From positions 1 to 56,260 of the forward strand of contig USCX01000001.1 of NCBI GenBank assembly GCA_900553285.1: a stretch of DNA of 56,260 nucleotides, given 5' to 3'. Each line of letters opens with the position of its first letter. Positions within the stretch are counted from its first letter, which is position 1. The position numbers and the translations under genes were made by a program. This DNA is from an uncultured Prevotella sp. GTDB taxonomy: Bacteria; Bacteroidota; Bacteroidia; Bacteroidales; Bacteroidaceae. Shown here piece after piece: positions 41,836 through 51,691 of the stretch. The notes under the pieces were generated by a model. It worked only from the letters and a program-made list of their open reading frames with translations, ran no database searches and was not told the DNA's origin.

Positions 41836-42453
41836 ATGATGATTATCGGCATTGCGGGCGGAACCGGATCGGGGAAAACGACTGTCGCCCGGAAGATACG
41901 GGGCTTTTTCCCGGAGGAAGAGGTGGCTCTCATTTCCCAAGACTCATATTATAAGCGTGCACCGGAAGGAATGAGCATAGAGCAGCTGCGGAAGTTGAAC
42001 TACGACCATCCGGACGCTTTCGATTGGACTTTGTTGTGTAGTCACCTGAATGATTTGCGTGCAGGCCGTGCCGTAGATGTCCCGACCTATTCCGTGCTGA
42101 CGTGCGACCGCTTGGACGAGACGATACACGTCGGGCCGTGCGACGTGGTGATAGTAGAGGGAATCATGGTGCTCTACAAAGAAGAGTTGCGCCGCCTGTT
42201 TGATTTGAAACTCTACGTAGATGCAGACCCGGACGAGCGGTTAATTCGTGTCATTGAGCGTGACATTGCGGAGCGTGGCCGGACGGCGCGCGTGGTGATG
42301 GACCGCTATCGTCGGGTGCTTAAACCCATGCATCAGGAGTTCATCGAGCCGACCCGCGAACAGGCCGACCTGATTATTCCTCAAGGAGGCGAGAACCAGA
42401 AAGCCATCGAAATCCTTCGCGCTTTCATCGAGCGCAGAATCGGACGGCCCTGA
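41836..42453 (+). CDS. udk: Uridine kinase
   Basis: GIAGGTGSGKTT, QDSYY, NYDHPDAFD, VEGI, ERDIAERGR. Confidence 0.95.
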   Translation: MMIIGIAGGTGSGKTTVARKIRGFFPEEEVALISQDSYYKRAPEGMSIEQLRKLNYDHPDAFDWTLLCSHLNDLRAGRAVDVPTYSVLTCDRLDETIHVGPCDVVIVEGIMVLYKEELRRLFDLKLYVDADPDERLIRVIERDIAERGRTARVVMDRYRRVLKPMHQEFIEPTREQADLIIPQGGENQKAIEILRAFIERRIGRP

Positions 42454-42495
42454 AAGGAACATAATCGCTTGGAAAGAATGAAGCTGGCGTCAGAA

Positions 42496-42678
42496 TACAA
42501 AGAAGGCTACACCGGTGATGTGATGAAACTCCGAGCTAAAATAAGATTTGAGGGCTCTCCGTTCTCTGTAATCCGACTCCATGAAATGTGTCGGCCCGCC
42601 ATTGAAGCGGAGTAGCTTACTCGGTATTTCTGTAATTATTGATGAGTATCCCGATCTAACCGATGCAGCCTCTTTGTA
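42496..42678 (-). ncRNA. ssrS: Probable 6S RNA (Bacteroidales-1 motif)
   Basis: About 183 nt. The ends pair (TACAAAGAGGCTGCATCGGT with ACCGGTGTAGCCTTCTTTGTA) with G-U pairs valid only on the minus strand. TATATTTG -7 box at 42683-42690. Sequence resembles the Bacteroides RNA from memory. Confidence 0.75.
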
Positions 42679-42783
42679 CAGGCAAATATACGCTTTAATT
42701 TATTAGTAAACAAATCTGTCGGGCTTTTTTGCTGAATTTTTTTTGCCATCGGTCCGGAAAAGGTAGTTTTTAACAGTAGAATA

Positions 42784-45390
42784 ATGGCGACACTAAATTT
42801 TAAGGTAGATTATCATACACGTTGGGGCGAGGTGGTTTGTGTGAAATGCACTTTTGCACCGTGGGGCCAACCTGCGCTTACGCGAACTTGCAGGTTGGAG
42901 ACCACGGATGGTGCGACGTGGCGTGGCGCGACGTCATTCGATGCGGCGGGACGGCTCAGCTATATGTATAATGTGTACCGCGGAACAACGCAAGTGGCGG
43001 CGGAGCGAGGTAACGCCCGTATGTTGAACATTGAGGGCGGGGCTGAACGATACGAATTGACCGACACTTGGAGCGACGGGCATATACCGGGAGTCTTATC
43101 GCGCCTTCCGGGGCGTATGATGCCTGCGGTTATGCAAGTGGAGGCAGGCGTTCTGTTTTGCCTGACAGCCCCGGATTTGCCTGTTGGTGAAACCTGGGGC
43201 ATGTTGGGCTCTGTTCCGGCTTTGGGGGAGTGGCAGGTGAGTCAGGTCCGCTTGCTTCAACCCGCAGGAGGCAACCGGTGGATTTCTTTCCTGCCCGAGA
43301 CAGAAATCTCGTCCGCTTTCGAATATAAGTATGTGCGGGTGAAAAAAAACGGTACGGTGGAGTGGGAGGAAGGCAATAACCGCTTGGCCGATGCCACACG
43401 GTGCCGTTGTCGGCGGGACGACATTTGGAACGGGAGAGGCGGACTGCTGCCACGGTTGGCGGGAGTAGTAGTTCCTGTTTTCTCACTGCGCAGCGAACAT
43501 AGTTGCGGTATCGGTGATTTCGGAGACTTGCGGCGATTTATCGGTTGGGCGGCTGAAACGGGAATGAAGGCCGTGCAGTTGCTTCCTGTCAACGATACGA
43601 CGAGCAGTCATACGTGGCGGGATTCTTATCCATACAGCTCGGTGTCTGTTTTCGCCCTTCATCCTATCTATATGGACCTGGAAGATCTGGCTGGCGACGA
43701 TTTGCGTGAGGAATATGCCGGACTTGCAAGCGAGAGGCTGGCCCTCGAACAACTGGAGGCCGTGGACTACGAGGCCGTCATGGCCGTGAAGTTGGCTTTC
43801 GTGCGTGTTTGTTTCGAGCGGCGGGGCGAAGCGGAAATGCGTGGGCAGGCTTTCCGCAATTTTTACTTTGCCAATGTGAACTGGCTGAAAGCGTATGCTG
43901 CGTTTTGCTGTCTCCGCGATGAGAGGGGCACTGCCGATTTCCGCCTTTGGGACGAGTGGAGCGGTTATGACGTTGTGAAGGTCGATGAGCGCCGGGTGCG
44001 CGACCGCTCGTTCAGCCATGAGTTTGACTTTTACTTATATATTCAGTTCAAGCTCTACGAGCAGATGACGAAAGCGCATGAGACGGCGCAGCAGTTCGGC
44101 GTCATGTTGAAGGGGGATATTCCAATCGGGATCTGCCGCAACAGCGTACCGGCCTGGGTCGACGGACGGCTGTTCCGTTTCGACGGTCAGGCGGGGGCCC
44201 CGCCCGATGATTTTGCGGTCGACGGCCAGAATTGGGGCTTCCCTACTTATGATTGGGATGCAATGGCGGCTGAGCATTACGCATGGTGGAAGGCGCGTTT
44301 GCGTCACATGGCCTTGTATTTTGATGCCTACCGTATAGATCACGTGTTGGGCTTTTTCCGCATTTGGGAGATACCGTATGAGCAGGTGTATGGCCTGCTG
44401 GGACATTTCCGTCCGGCTCTGCCGCTCAGCGTGGATGAGATAGAAAAAGCAGGTTTCCAGTTTTCGCCTTTGCAGGCTGTTCCCCATTTTCCGGATAGTG
44501 AGCTTGTACGCCTTATCGGTCCGGAGGCCACGGCCAAGTATTTCATGCGAGAAGGCGACGCCTGGTTTCCCCGTCCGGCCTATGCGACGCAACGTCGCCT
44601 GATTGAGTCTGTCGAAGCCGGTACGCTGCGCGACAAACTGATGAACCTGCTGTCGGATGTGCTTTTCGTTGAAGACGGTGAGCGGCAGGGGAGATATCAT
44701 CCGCGCGTGGCTGCCCAGAAGACTTTGGCCTTTGCTGCGTTGAGCGGGGAGCAACAGGCAGCGTTCAATCGGCTGTATGACGACTTCTACTATGTGCGCC
44801 ACAACGCCTTCTGGCGCGACGAGGCCATGAAGAAACTGCCGACCGTGGTGAACTGCACGACGATGTTACCCTGTGCGGAGGACTTGGGTATGGTGCCTGC
44901 CTCGGTGAAAGGAGTGCTGGAAGAACTTGAAATTCTTTCGTTGGAAATTGAGCGTATGCCCAAAGAGCCGTGGGTGCGTTTCGGGCGTTTATCGGACAAT
45001 CCCTATCTGTCGGTGGCCACGATAGCCACGCACGACATGCCTCCTTTGCGCAAGTGGTGGCACGAACAGGCTGACGCCGTGCAGGACTACTGGAACCAAG
45101 TGTTGGGACGCTCCGGGCGTGCGCCTGAATGGCCAGACGCGGAAACGTGTCAGTGTGTCGTGGAGCGTCACCTTGCCTGTCCGTCGATGCTATGTCTGCT
45201 GGCCATACAAGATTGGCTGGCCATTGATGCGCATTTGCGTAGTCCGCATCCGGAGCAGGAGCAAATCAATAATCCGGCGAATGCCGCCCATTATTGGCGT
45301 TACCGCCTTCATCTCACTGTGGAGCAGCTTGAAGCGGCGGAGGATTTCAACCGACGGGTGCGCGGGTTGATTACGAAAAACGGGAGGTGA
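42784..45390 (+). CDS. malQ: 4-alpha-glucanotransferase, GH77 with N-terminal CBM20-like domains
   Basis: PVFSLRS, QLLPVNDT, KGDIPIG, AGAPPD, GQNWGFP, RIDHVLG, CAEDLG, THD. Confidence 0.93.
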   Translation: MATLNFKVDYHTRWGEVVCVKCTFAPWGQPALTRTCRLETTDGATWRGATSFDAAGRLSYMYNVYRGTTQVAAERGNARMLNIEGGAERYELTDTWSDGHIPGVLSRLPGRMMPAVMQVEAGVLFCLTAPDLPVGETWGMLGSVPALGEWQVSQVRLLQPAGGNRWISFLPETEISSAFEYKYVRVKKNGTVEWEEGNNRLADATRCRCRRDDIWNGRGGLLPRLAGVVVPVFSLRSEHSCGIGDFGDLRRFIGWAAETGMKAVQLLPVNDTTSSHTWRDSYPYSSVSVFALHPIYMDLEDLAGDDLREEYAGLASERLALEQLEAVDYEAVMAVKLAFVRVCFERRGEAEMRGQAFRNFYFANVNWLKAYAAFCCLRDERGTADFRLWDEWSGYDVVKVDERRVRDRSFSHEFDFYLYIQFKLYEQMTKAHETAQQFGVMLKGDIPIGICRNSVPAWVDGRLFRFDGQAGAPPDDFAVDGQNWGFPTYDWDAMAAEHYAWWKARLRHMALYFDAYRIDHVLGFFRIWEIPYEQVYGLLGHFRPALPLSVDEIEKAGFQFSPLQAVPHFPDSELVRLIGPEATAKYFMREGDAWFPRPAYATQRRLIESVEAGTLRDKLMNLLSDVLFVEDGERQGRYHPRVAAQKTLAFAALSGEQQAAFNRLYDDFYYVRHNAFWRDEAMKKLPTVVNCTTMLPCAEDLGMVPASVKGVLEELEILSLEIERMPKEPWVRFGRLSDNPYLSVATIATHDMPPLRKWWHEQADAVQDYWNQVLGRSGRAPEWPDAETCQCVVERHLACPSMLCLLAIQDWLAIDAHLRSPHPEQEQINNPANAAHYWRYRLHLTVEQLEAAEDFNRRVRGLITKNGR

Positions 45391-45424
45391 CAGGCTTTTA
45401 TGTGGGCCTTCGGCGGTTTTATTT

Positions 45425-45478
45425 ACTGCGGGTGGCGTAACCTCAAAAATGCGACAAAGAGGTTACGCCACCCGCAGT
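45425..45478. terminator. Hairpin between convergent genes
   Basis: 20-bp perfect inverted repeat ACTGCGGGTGGCGTAACCTC / GAGGTTACGCCACCCGCAGT. Confidence 0.8.
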
Positions 45479-45493
45479 GATTTTTTCAAAGGG

Positions 45494-45961
45494 TCAGGGA
45501 CGTTTCTTGACCATTTTATGAAAAATTCTCCGGTCGAATTTCTCTTTGGCGGAGATTACCTTAATCGCTTTCTCCGGGCCTAAGATCTGCTCGGCCTCCT
45601 CGTAGTATTTGTTTTCCAGTTTGGCCCGCTGCATGTTGAGCGATTTGAGTTCGTCAATCAGTTTCTTCGCCTCTTTTTCCGTGACTTCTTTCTTTTGTAT
45701 GGTGCGGATGCAGCGGCGGGCCCGTCCGTTTATTTCACGCAACTGGCTTTGCGCATTTTGGAACACCGGGAAGAACTTGGCTGCCTCCAAGGGCGTGATG
45801 CCGGTCTCTTTGATGATAAAGCTTTCCTGTTCGCGTTGGAATTGTTGGGGGGAGAATATCTTGCTGAAAGGGACGCGCGGCGGGCGGTCTTCCTTCTGTG
45901 CCGCAGCTGGCGTCAGGGAAAGGCAAAGCAAGAGGGTGAGAAAAAGGCGAAACGTGGGCAT
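45494..45961 (-). CDS. Exported helical protein (Spy/CpxP-like), third gene of the ECF unit
   Basis: Signal peptide (AAAQ), charged helical body, ITPLEAAKFFPVF. Confidence 0.6.
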   Translation of the reverse strand: MPTFRLFLTLLLCLSLTPAAAQKEDRPPRVPFSKIFSPQQFQREQESFIIKETGITPLEAAKFFPVFQNAQSQLREINGRARRCIRTIQKKEVTEKEAKKLIDELKSLNMQRAKLENKYYEEAEQILGPEKAIKVISAKEKFDRRIFHKMVKKRP

Positions 45962-45970
45962 AGGATTGAA

Positions 45971-46366
45971 TCAATAGTCGTTCGAAAGATACGCGTAAAG
46001 GTCGTAGTCGCCCAGCATGGCGTAGTTGTAGAGGTCGTCGATGTACTTGTCGTTGGCGTCATATTGTGTGGCGACGGTGTGGGCGTTTTCCGTGTTTGTC
46101 GCGCCGGTTCCGGGTGAGGAAGATGACGGCCAAACCAATGCGACAGCCACGCACGCAGCGGCCACAGCGGCACTCGTGATGATTCTCAAGGCGAAGTGCG
46201 TGCGTCTGGCCGTTTGTACCGGAACTTGCGGTTCGGGCATCGCCGTCACCGGCGGAAGTTGTGCGAGCACTTCTTTCTTCACTGCGTCGATGTATCCTTC
46301 GGGCGGGTTGAAGGATGCGCTGACGAAAGCCTTGTCCAAGTCATGTATGTCAAATGCTTTTTTCAT
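45971..46366 (-). CDS. Putative single-TM anti-sigma factor
   Basis: FNPPEGY motif, TM helix SAAVAAACVAVALVW; directly downstream of the ECF sigma. Confidence 0.65.
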   Translation of the reverse strand: MKKAFDIHDLDKAFVSASFNPPEGYIDAVKKEVLAQLPPVTAMPEPQVPVQTARRTHFALRIITSAAVAAACVAVALVWPSSSSPGTGATNTENAHTVATQYDANDKYIDDLYNYAMLGDYDLYAYLSNDY

Positions 46367-46422
46367 AATGTTTGTCGCGCTGTCAGCTATACGTTTATCT
46401 GACCCTGAATGTTCGGATAGGT

Positions 46423-46971
46423 TTAATCGTGTGTGTTGAAAAAGTCTTCAATTTTTTTAACAGCGAAGTGATAAGATGCTTTCAGCGCGCCGACGCTGGT
46501 GTGCAGGAGCTCGCTCATGTCCTCATACTTCATTTCGTCGAAGTATTTGAGGTTGAAAACAAGCCGTTGCTTCTCGGGAAGAGTGGCGAGGGCTGCCTGG
46601 AAAAGGTGGGCGCCCCGTTCGCCGTCGGCTGCCGTCAGGCCCTCGTCCGGGGCGGAGGCAGGCGGCGTGGCGAGGTCGTCGAGAGGGACGATTGCCTTGC
46701 CTTTTTGAAGAAATTTCAGGCACTCGTTAATAGCAATCCGGTAGAGCCACGTGGAAATCTTGGCCTCGCCGCGGAAGGCATCCAACCCCGTCCATGCTTT
46801 CAGAAAGGTGTTTTGAAGTACGTCGTTGGCATCATCGTGCGAGAGCACCATACGACGGATTTGCAGGTAGAGCGGTTCTGTATACCGTTCCACTATTTCG
46901 CTGAAAGCCTGCCGGCGTGAGGCTATGTCTTGCAGCCGTTTGATGAGTTGGGCGTCGTCGGTGGAGAGCAT
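46423..46971 (-). CDS. ECF RNA polymerase sigma-70 factor
   Basis: DANDVLQNTFLKAW, STWLYRIAIN, LPEKQR.VF, YEDMSE, GALKASYH. Confidence 0.93.
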   Translation of the reverse strand: MLSTDDAQLIKRLQDIASRRQAFSEIVERYTEPLYLQIRRMVLSHDDANDVLQNTFLKAWTGLDAFRGEAKISTWLYRIAINECLKFLQKGKAIVPLDDLATPPASAPDEGLTAADGERGAHLFQAALATLPEKQRLVFNLKYFDEMKYEDMSELLHTSVGALKASYHFAVKKIEDFFNTHD

Positions 46972-47061
46972 GGAGGCCGGAATTGACCGTCGGCGAATAA
47001 AGTGCGAAATGCAGGAATGTCAGGCCTGCATTTCGCACTTATGACTTAATTGTCCGCCGGA

Positions 47062-47388
47062 TTAGAGGATAGATATCTTGCGGGCAATTTTTCCTAATTT
47101 GAGGATGTAACATCCTTTCCCACAGTTCAGGCCGATGGTCGTGTCGTTGTTGTCAATTTTATACGCAGCGATGCGTACGCCCGTAATGTTATACACTTCA
47201 AGGGTCATGCCGGCCGCGTTTTGCACCCTTACGTTGGCGCCCTTGCATGTGATGCGGATCTCGTTCCATGACGAAGCCGCTGCGGCCTCTTCGGTTTCGG
47301 GCATTCCCGTCCCCGCAGCGTAGGCCGATGTGGCTGCCGTCAGCGACAGGGCCAACAGGAGAAAGAATCTGGAGTATATTTTTATCAT
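47062..47388 (-). CDS. Small protein: signal peptide plus T9SS type A CTD-like domain
   Basis: LEVYNITG, KGCYILKL, terminal RKISIL. Confidence 0.75.
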   Translation of the reverse strand: MIKIYSRFFLLLALSLTAATSAYAAGTGMPETEEAAAASSWNEIRITCKGANVRVQNAAGMTLEVYNITGVRIAAYKIDNNDTTIGLNCGKGCYILKLGKIARKISIL

Positions 47389-47674
47389 GCGTCGAACCGT
47401 TTTATGATTACCGCAAAGTTAGAAAATTATCAGCGACCGTCCAAGTGTCAAGGGACGAAAGTCTGATTATTTTCAGTTTTTTTGAAAAGTTTTTCCGGCA
47501 CTGCGATAAGAAAACCGGTCGCTGCGCCGGGCTTTTCTGTCGCGGCGACTGGATGCCGTGGCGCCGGGACTCGCAGAAGCGGCGATAATTTGATGATTAT
47601 TAAGATTTTGAGCCTTCGTCTTTTCGCGCAATTTGATTAAGTTTGCGGTGTCTTTGGCGAATACGAGTAAATTG

Positions 47675-48496
47675 ATGAGAATTACACCTGAACACACCAT
47701 ATTACTGTTGTTGGCGGCTGCGATGGCCTGGCCGCTTCATGTAGAAGCCCGCAAACGTCACAGAAACGACAAGCGTTTTGACATCGTGGAACTCTCACAG
47801 CGTGAACCGGATCAGATGGCGGCAAAGCCCGTGCGCCATGTGGCCGTGGCTTCGGTAAAGGCTCATCCGGGCGTGGCGGGCGATTATACCCGCGTGAGCA
47901 AGGAGGGGATTGATGTTTCGCACTACCAGGGAACCATCAATTGGGACGCCGTGGCGAGCGACGGAAAGATCTCCTATGCTTATTTGAAAGCCACCGAGGG
48001 CGCCACGTTGGTTGACGATACGTACGAACACAATCTCAGGGAGGCCAAACGGGTCGGATTGAAAGTCGGAAGCTATCATTTTTATCGTCCGAATACCGAT
48101 TGGCGCAAACAGCTGGATAATCTTTCATCCGTGGTGAAGCCCGGCGAACAGGATCTGCTTCCCATTATCGACATCGAACACCGCGGGACGGGGTCGGAAG
48201 AAACGTTTCTTAAAAACCTCAGAGACTTTATAGCCGAGGTGACGGAGGTGTATGGAAAGAAGCCTCTGTTATATACTTTCCATAACTTCTATAACAAACA
48301 CCTGGTGGGCGAGTTTAAGGACTATAAGTGGATGATTGCGCGCTATCGCGATGACGAGCCGACGCTCAACGACGGAAAAGATTATGTCATCTGGCAGTAT
48401 ACGGCCAAAGGCCGCATCACCGGTGTCAAAGGTAACGTCGACCGCAGCCGCATCATGGGCGAGTATGATTTGGGCGACATCCTGTTGAATTATTGA
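47675..48496 (+). CDS. GH25 muramidase with signal peptide
   Basis: GIDVSHYQG, KATEG, GSYHFY, DIE, IWQYT, VD. Confidence 0.92.
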   Translation: MRITPEHTILLLLAAAMAWPLHVEARKRHRNDKRFDIVELSQREPDQMAAKPVRHVAVASVKAHPGVAGDYTRVSKEGIDVSHYQGTINWDAVASDGKISYAYLKATEGATLVDDTYEHNLREAKRVGLKVGSYHFYRPNTDWRKQLDNLSSVVKPGEQDLLPIIDIEHRGTGSEETFLKNLRDFIAEVTEVYGKKPLLYTFHNFYNKHLVGEFKDYKWMIARYRDDEPTLNDGKDYVIWQYTAKGRITGVKGNVDRSRIMGEYDLGDILLNY

Positions 48497-48532
48497 CCGC
48501 CGTGACCGCGAGGGCTGCGGCGGTGGGACATA

Positions 48533-48569
48533 AAGAAAAGGAGCGGTTTCAGAATCGCTCCTTTTCTTG
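48533..48569. terminator. Bidirectional terminator between GH25 and ompA-like gene
   Basis: AAGAAAAGGAGCG / CGCTCCTTTTCTT stem. Confidence 0.8.
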
Positions 48570-48620
48570 TATCCGTGAGGACTGCGCGGCTGGTTCGTGC
48601 TGTCGCAGTCTGTTTCGGGT

Positions 48621-49331
48621 TTACTGCAAGGTGCCGGCCTCGGCTGCTTTAATCATTTCCTGGCTGGCGTAAAGGTAAACCTCTACGCGGCGGTTTTGTT
48701 GCTGGCCTTCCTTCGTGTCGTTAGAAGCGACGGGATTGGCCTCCCCCAGACCTTCGACAGACGTGATCTGTGAGGCCTGTACACCGCAGCTCAGCAGGTA
48801 GCTTTGCACACTTTGTGCCCGAACCTGCGAAAGGTCGAGGTTCTTCTTCTGGCTTTCGGCGGCTGTTGAGTTCTTCCATCCCTGGTTGTCCGTATAGCCT
48901 TTGATGGAGACATCCATGTCGGTGTTTTGGTTGAGCACGTTGGTGGCGAATTTGCTCAGCGAGGCTTTGGCGGAATTGCTCAGCGTGGCGTCGCCGGTCG
49001 CGAAGAGAATGCCGGAGTCGAAGGTCACCTTGACGGCTTGCAGGCCGTTGTTGTCCGTCACGGTCTCGACTTGTGCGTTCTCTACGGCCTCGGCGGCAGC
49101 CTTGGCTTTGTCCATGCGGCGGCCGATGAGCGCGCCGGCGCCTGCACCTACGGCAGCGCCTATGCCTGCTCCTTTGCCCTTACCTACCAGACCGCCTACC
49201 AATGCGCCTACGCCTGTTCCTGCACCGGCACCGATAAGGCTGCCTTTTCCTGTGTTGCTCATACCGCAACCGCTCAGTAGCAATGCGCCGCAGAGCGTGT
49301 AAATGGAGAGATTGAGTTTTTTCATAATCAA
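48621..49331 (-). CDS. OmpA-family lipoprotein with glycine zipper
   Basis: Lipobox LSGC, Gly-zipper repeats, GYTD, LS..RA.SV, NRRVE. Confidence 0.92.
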   Translation of the reverse strand: MIMKKLNLSIYTLCGALLLSGCGMSNTGKGSLIGAGAGTGVGALVGGLVGKGKGAGIGAAVGAGAGALIGRRMDKAKAAAEAVENAQVETVTDNNGLQAVKVTFDSGILFATGDATLSNSAKASLSKFATNVLNQNTDMDVSIKGYTDNQGWKNSTAAESQKKNLDLSQVRAQSVQSYLLSCGVQASQITSVEGLGEANPVASNDTKEGQQQNRRVEVYLYASQEMIKAAEAGTLQ

Positions 49332-49493
49332 TAGTGTTGATAAAAATGGCGGGGCAAATGTACGATTTAATGTTCAGACAGACGATTTTTTTTGACAAAC
49401 TTCTTACAAAAACTAACGTAGATTAAATAAAACTATATGGAAGTATAAAGTTTTTTGTAACTTTGCCGCTACATTTAATAATTAACTTTGCAT

Positions 49494-50570
49494 ATGGAGC
49501 AGCAGCGGCAGGATTTATTAGGTATGACTCCGTCGGAATTGCGTGTAGTGACAGACCGGTTGGGTTTGCCGAAATTCACTGCCGGGCAGATAGCGCGTTG
49601 GCTTTATGTCAACCACGCGGGTTCGATTGAGGAAATGACCAATCTTTCGAAGAGCGCCCGCGAACGTCTCGCCCAGGAATATGCCATAGGCAACAGCGCG
49701 CCCGTCGATGCGCAACGTTCTGTCGACGGGACCGTCAAGTATCTTTTCCGTACGAACAAGGGCGATTATGTGGAGAGTGTCTATATCCCGGATGGGGACA
49801 GGGCCACTCTGTGTGTCTCGTCGCAGGTGGGGTGTAAGATGGGCTGTACGTTCTGCATGACCGGGCGGCAGGGCTTTTCGGCCCAGCTCACCGTGGCCGA
49901 CATCCTGAACCAAATTTATTCCCTTCCGGAACGAGAGACGCTGACCAATGTCGTTTTCATGGGGCAGGGGGAGCCTTTTGACAACGTGGACAATGTACTG
50001 GCGTGTCTTGGCGTGCTGACTGCCGATTGGGGATTCGGGTGGAGCCCGAAACGCATCACGGTCTCGACGGTGGGTGTCGTAGGAGGCTTGAAGCGCTTTC
50101 TTGACGAAAGCCGTTGCCATCTGGCCGTCAGTCTTCATTCGCCCGACCCGCGGCAACGTGCAGGGCTGATGCCCATTGAACGGGCGTATCCGATAGAAAA
50201 GACGATAGCCTTGCTGCGTGCTTACGACTTCTGTCGGCGCACGGCGGAAAAACCGGCCGAGGGAACTCGCCAGCGGCGTCTGTCCTTCGAGTATATAGTG
50301 TTCGGCGGGGTGAACGATACGAGGCAGCATGCCGATGCGCTCATACGCCTTCTGCACGGGCTCGACTGCCGCGTGAACCTTATCCGCTTTCATTCAATCC
50401 CCGACACCCCGCTTCATGGCGCTTCTGAGGAAACGATGAGGCGTTTTCGCGATTATCTGACCGGCCATGGTCTTTTTACCACCATACGCGCCTCACGCGG
50501 TCAAGACATTTATGCAGCCTGTGGCTTGCTCTCCACGGCCAAACAGCAAGAGCAATTATCGAAACAGTAA
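49494..50570 (+). CDS. rlmN: 23S rRNA m2A2503 methyltransferase (radical SAM)
   Basis: CVSSQVGCKMGCTFC, MGQGEP, AACGLL. Confidence 0.95.
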   Translation: MEQQRQDLLGMTPSELRVVTDRLGLPKFTAGQIARWLYVNHAGSIEEMTNLSKSARERLAQEYAIGNSAPVDAQRSVDGTVKYLFRTNKGDYVESVYIPDGDRATLCVSSQVGCKMGCTFCMTGRQGFSAQLTVADILNQIYSLPERETLTNVVFMGQGEPFDNVDNVLACLGVLTADWGFGWSPKRITVSTVGVVGGLKRFLDESRCHLAVSLHSPDPRQRAGLMPIERAYPIEKTIALLRAYDFCRRTAEKPAEGTRQRRLSFEYIVFGGVNDTRQHADALIRLLHGLDCRVNLIRFHSIPDTPLHGASEETMRRFRDYLTGHGLFTTIRASRGQDIYAACGLLSTAKQQEQLSKQ

Positions 50571-50593
50571 GTAATAGCATCATATTGCACACT

Positions 50594-51691
50594 ATGGAAA
50601 AATATAAAGTACGTGTGGGCATTACCCACGGGGACATCAACGGAATCGGTTACGAAGTCATTTTCAAAACCTTTGCCGAGCCGGGCATGTTGGACGTTTG
50701 TACGCCGGTGATTTACGGTTCGCCCAAAGTGGCGGCCTACCATCGGAAAACCATAGAAAGTCCGGTGACATTCAACACCGTGCCGACGGCCGGTGAGATT
50801 GCCGACGGCCAATTGAATATGGTCGAGTGCTTTCCGGAGGAAGTAAAGATTGATTTTGGGCAAGCCACGTCGGAAAGCGGGCGCGCTGCGTTTCTGGCGC
50901 TCGAACGGGCGGTGGCAGATTACAAGGCAGGGCTCATCGACGTTATCGTGACGGCCCCGATCAACAAACAGAGTATTCAAAGTCCCGAATTCCACTTTGC
51001 TGGTCATACGGAGTACTTTGAAAATCGCGTAGGAGACGGGGCGAAGGCTTTGATGATATTGGCCAATAGACAGATGCGCGTGGCGTTGGTCACCGCGCAC
51101 ATGCCCGTCAGCCAAGTGGCCCAAACCATTACGCAGGAACTGATAGTCGAGAAATTACGGCAGTTCAAGCAGGCCCTGCGGGTGGATTTCCGCATTTCCA
51201 TACCCCGTATAGCCGTTTTGTCGCTTAATCCGCATGCCGGCGATGGCGGTCTGTTAGGTTCGGAAGAGGCGGAAAAAATCATTCCCGCTATCCGGCAGGC
51301 CACCGAAGAGGGTATTCATTGTTTCGGGCCGTATGCGGCTGACGGCTTTTTCGGTGCCGGCAACTATGCCCGCTTCGATGGAATTCTGGCCATGTACCAC
51401 GATCAGGGATTAGCGCCTTTCAAAGCTCTCTCCATGGACGACGGCGTGAATGTCACAGCCGGCCTGCCTTTGGTACGCACTTCGCCGGATCATGGCACGG
51501 CCTATGATGTGGCAGGGAAAGGAGTGGCCGAGCCCGGCTCTTTCCGTCAGGCCGTTTATGCGGCCGTCGACATATGGAAGGCACGGCGTTTTGATGCAGA
51601 GGCTCACGCAAACCCTTTGCAGAAACAGCATAATAGCGAACGTCGCGACGACAACGAACATAAAAAACGCAGTCAGGAGAGCCAGGAATGA
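50594..51691 (+). CDS. pdxA: 4-hydroxythreonine-4-phosphate dehydrogenase
   Basis: GDINGIG, TAPINK, GHTE, LNPHAG, MYHDQG, RTSPDHGTA. Confidence 0.93.
   Translation: MEKYKVRVGITHGDINGIGYEVIFKTFAEPGMLDVCTPVIYGSPKVAAYHRKTIESPVTFNTVPTAGEIADGQLNMVECFPEEVKIDFGQATSESGRAAFLALERAVADYKAGLIDVIVTAPINKQSIQSPEFHFAGHTEYFENRVGDGAKALMILANRQMRVALVTAHMPVSQVAQTITQELIVEKLRQFKQALRVDFRISIPRIAVLSLNPHAGDGGLLGSEEAEKIIPAIRQATEEGIHCFGPYAADGFFGAGNYARFDGILAMYHDQGLAPFKALSMDDGVNVTAGLPLVRTSPDHGTAYDVAGKGVAEPGSFRQAVYAAVDIWKARRFDAEAHANPLQKQHNSERRDDNEHKKRSQESQE

Noticed and set aside
47675..48496. GH25 as a prophage endolysin
   Set aside because: Has a signal peptide and a host-type promoter; no holin or phage genes nearby.
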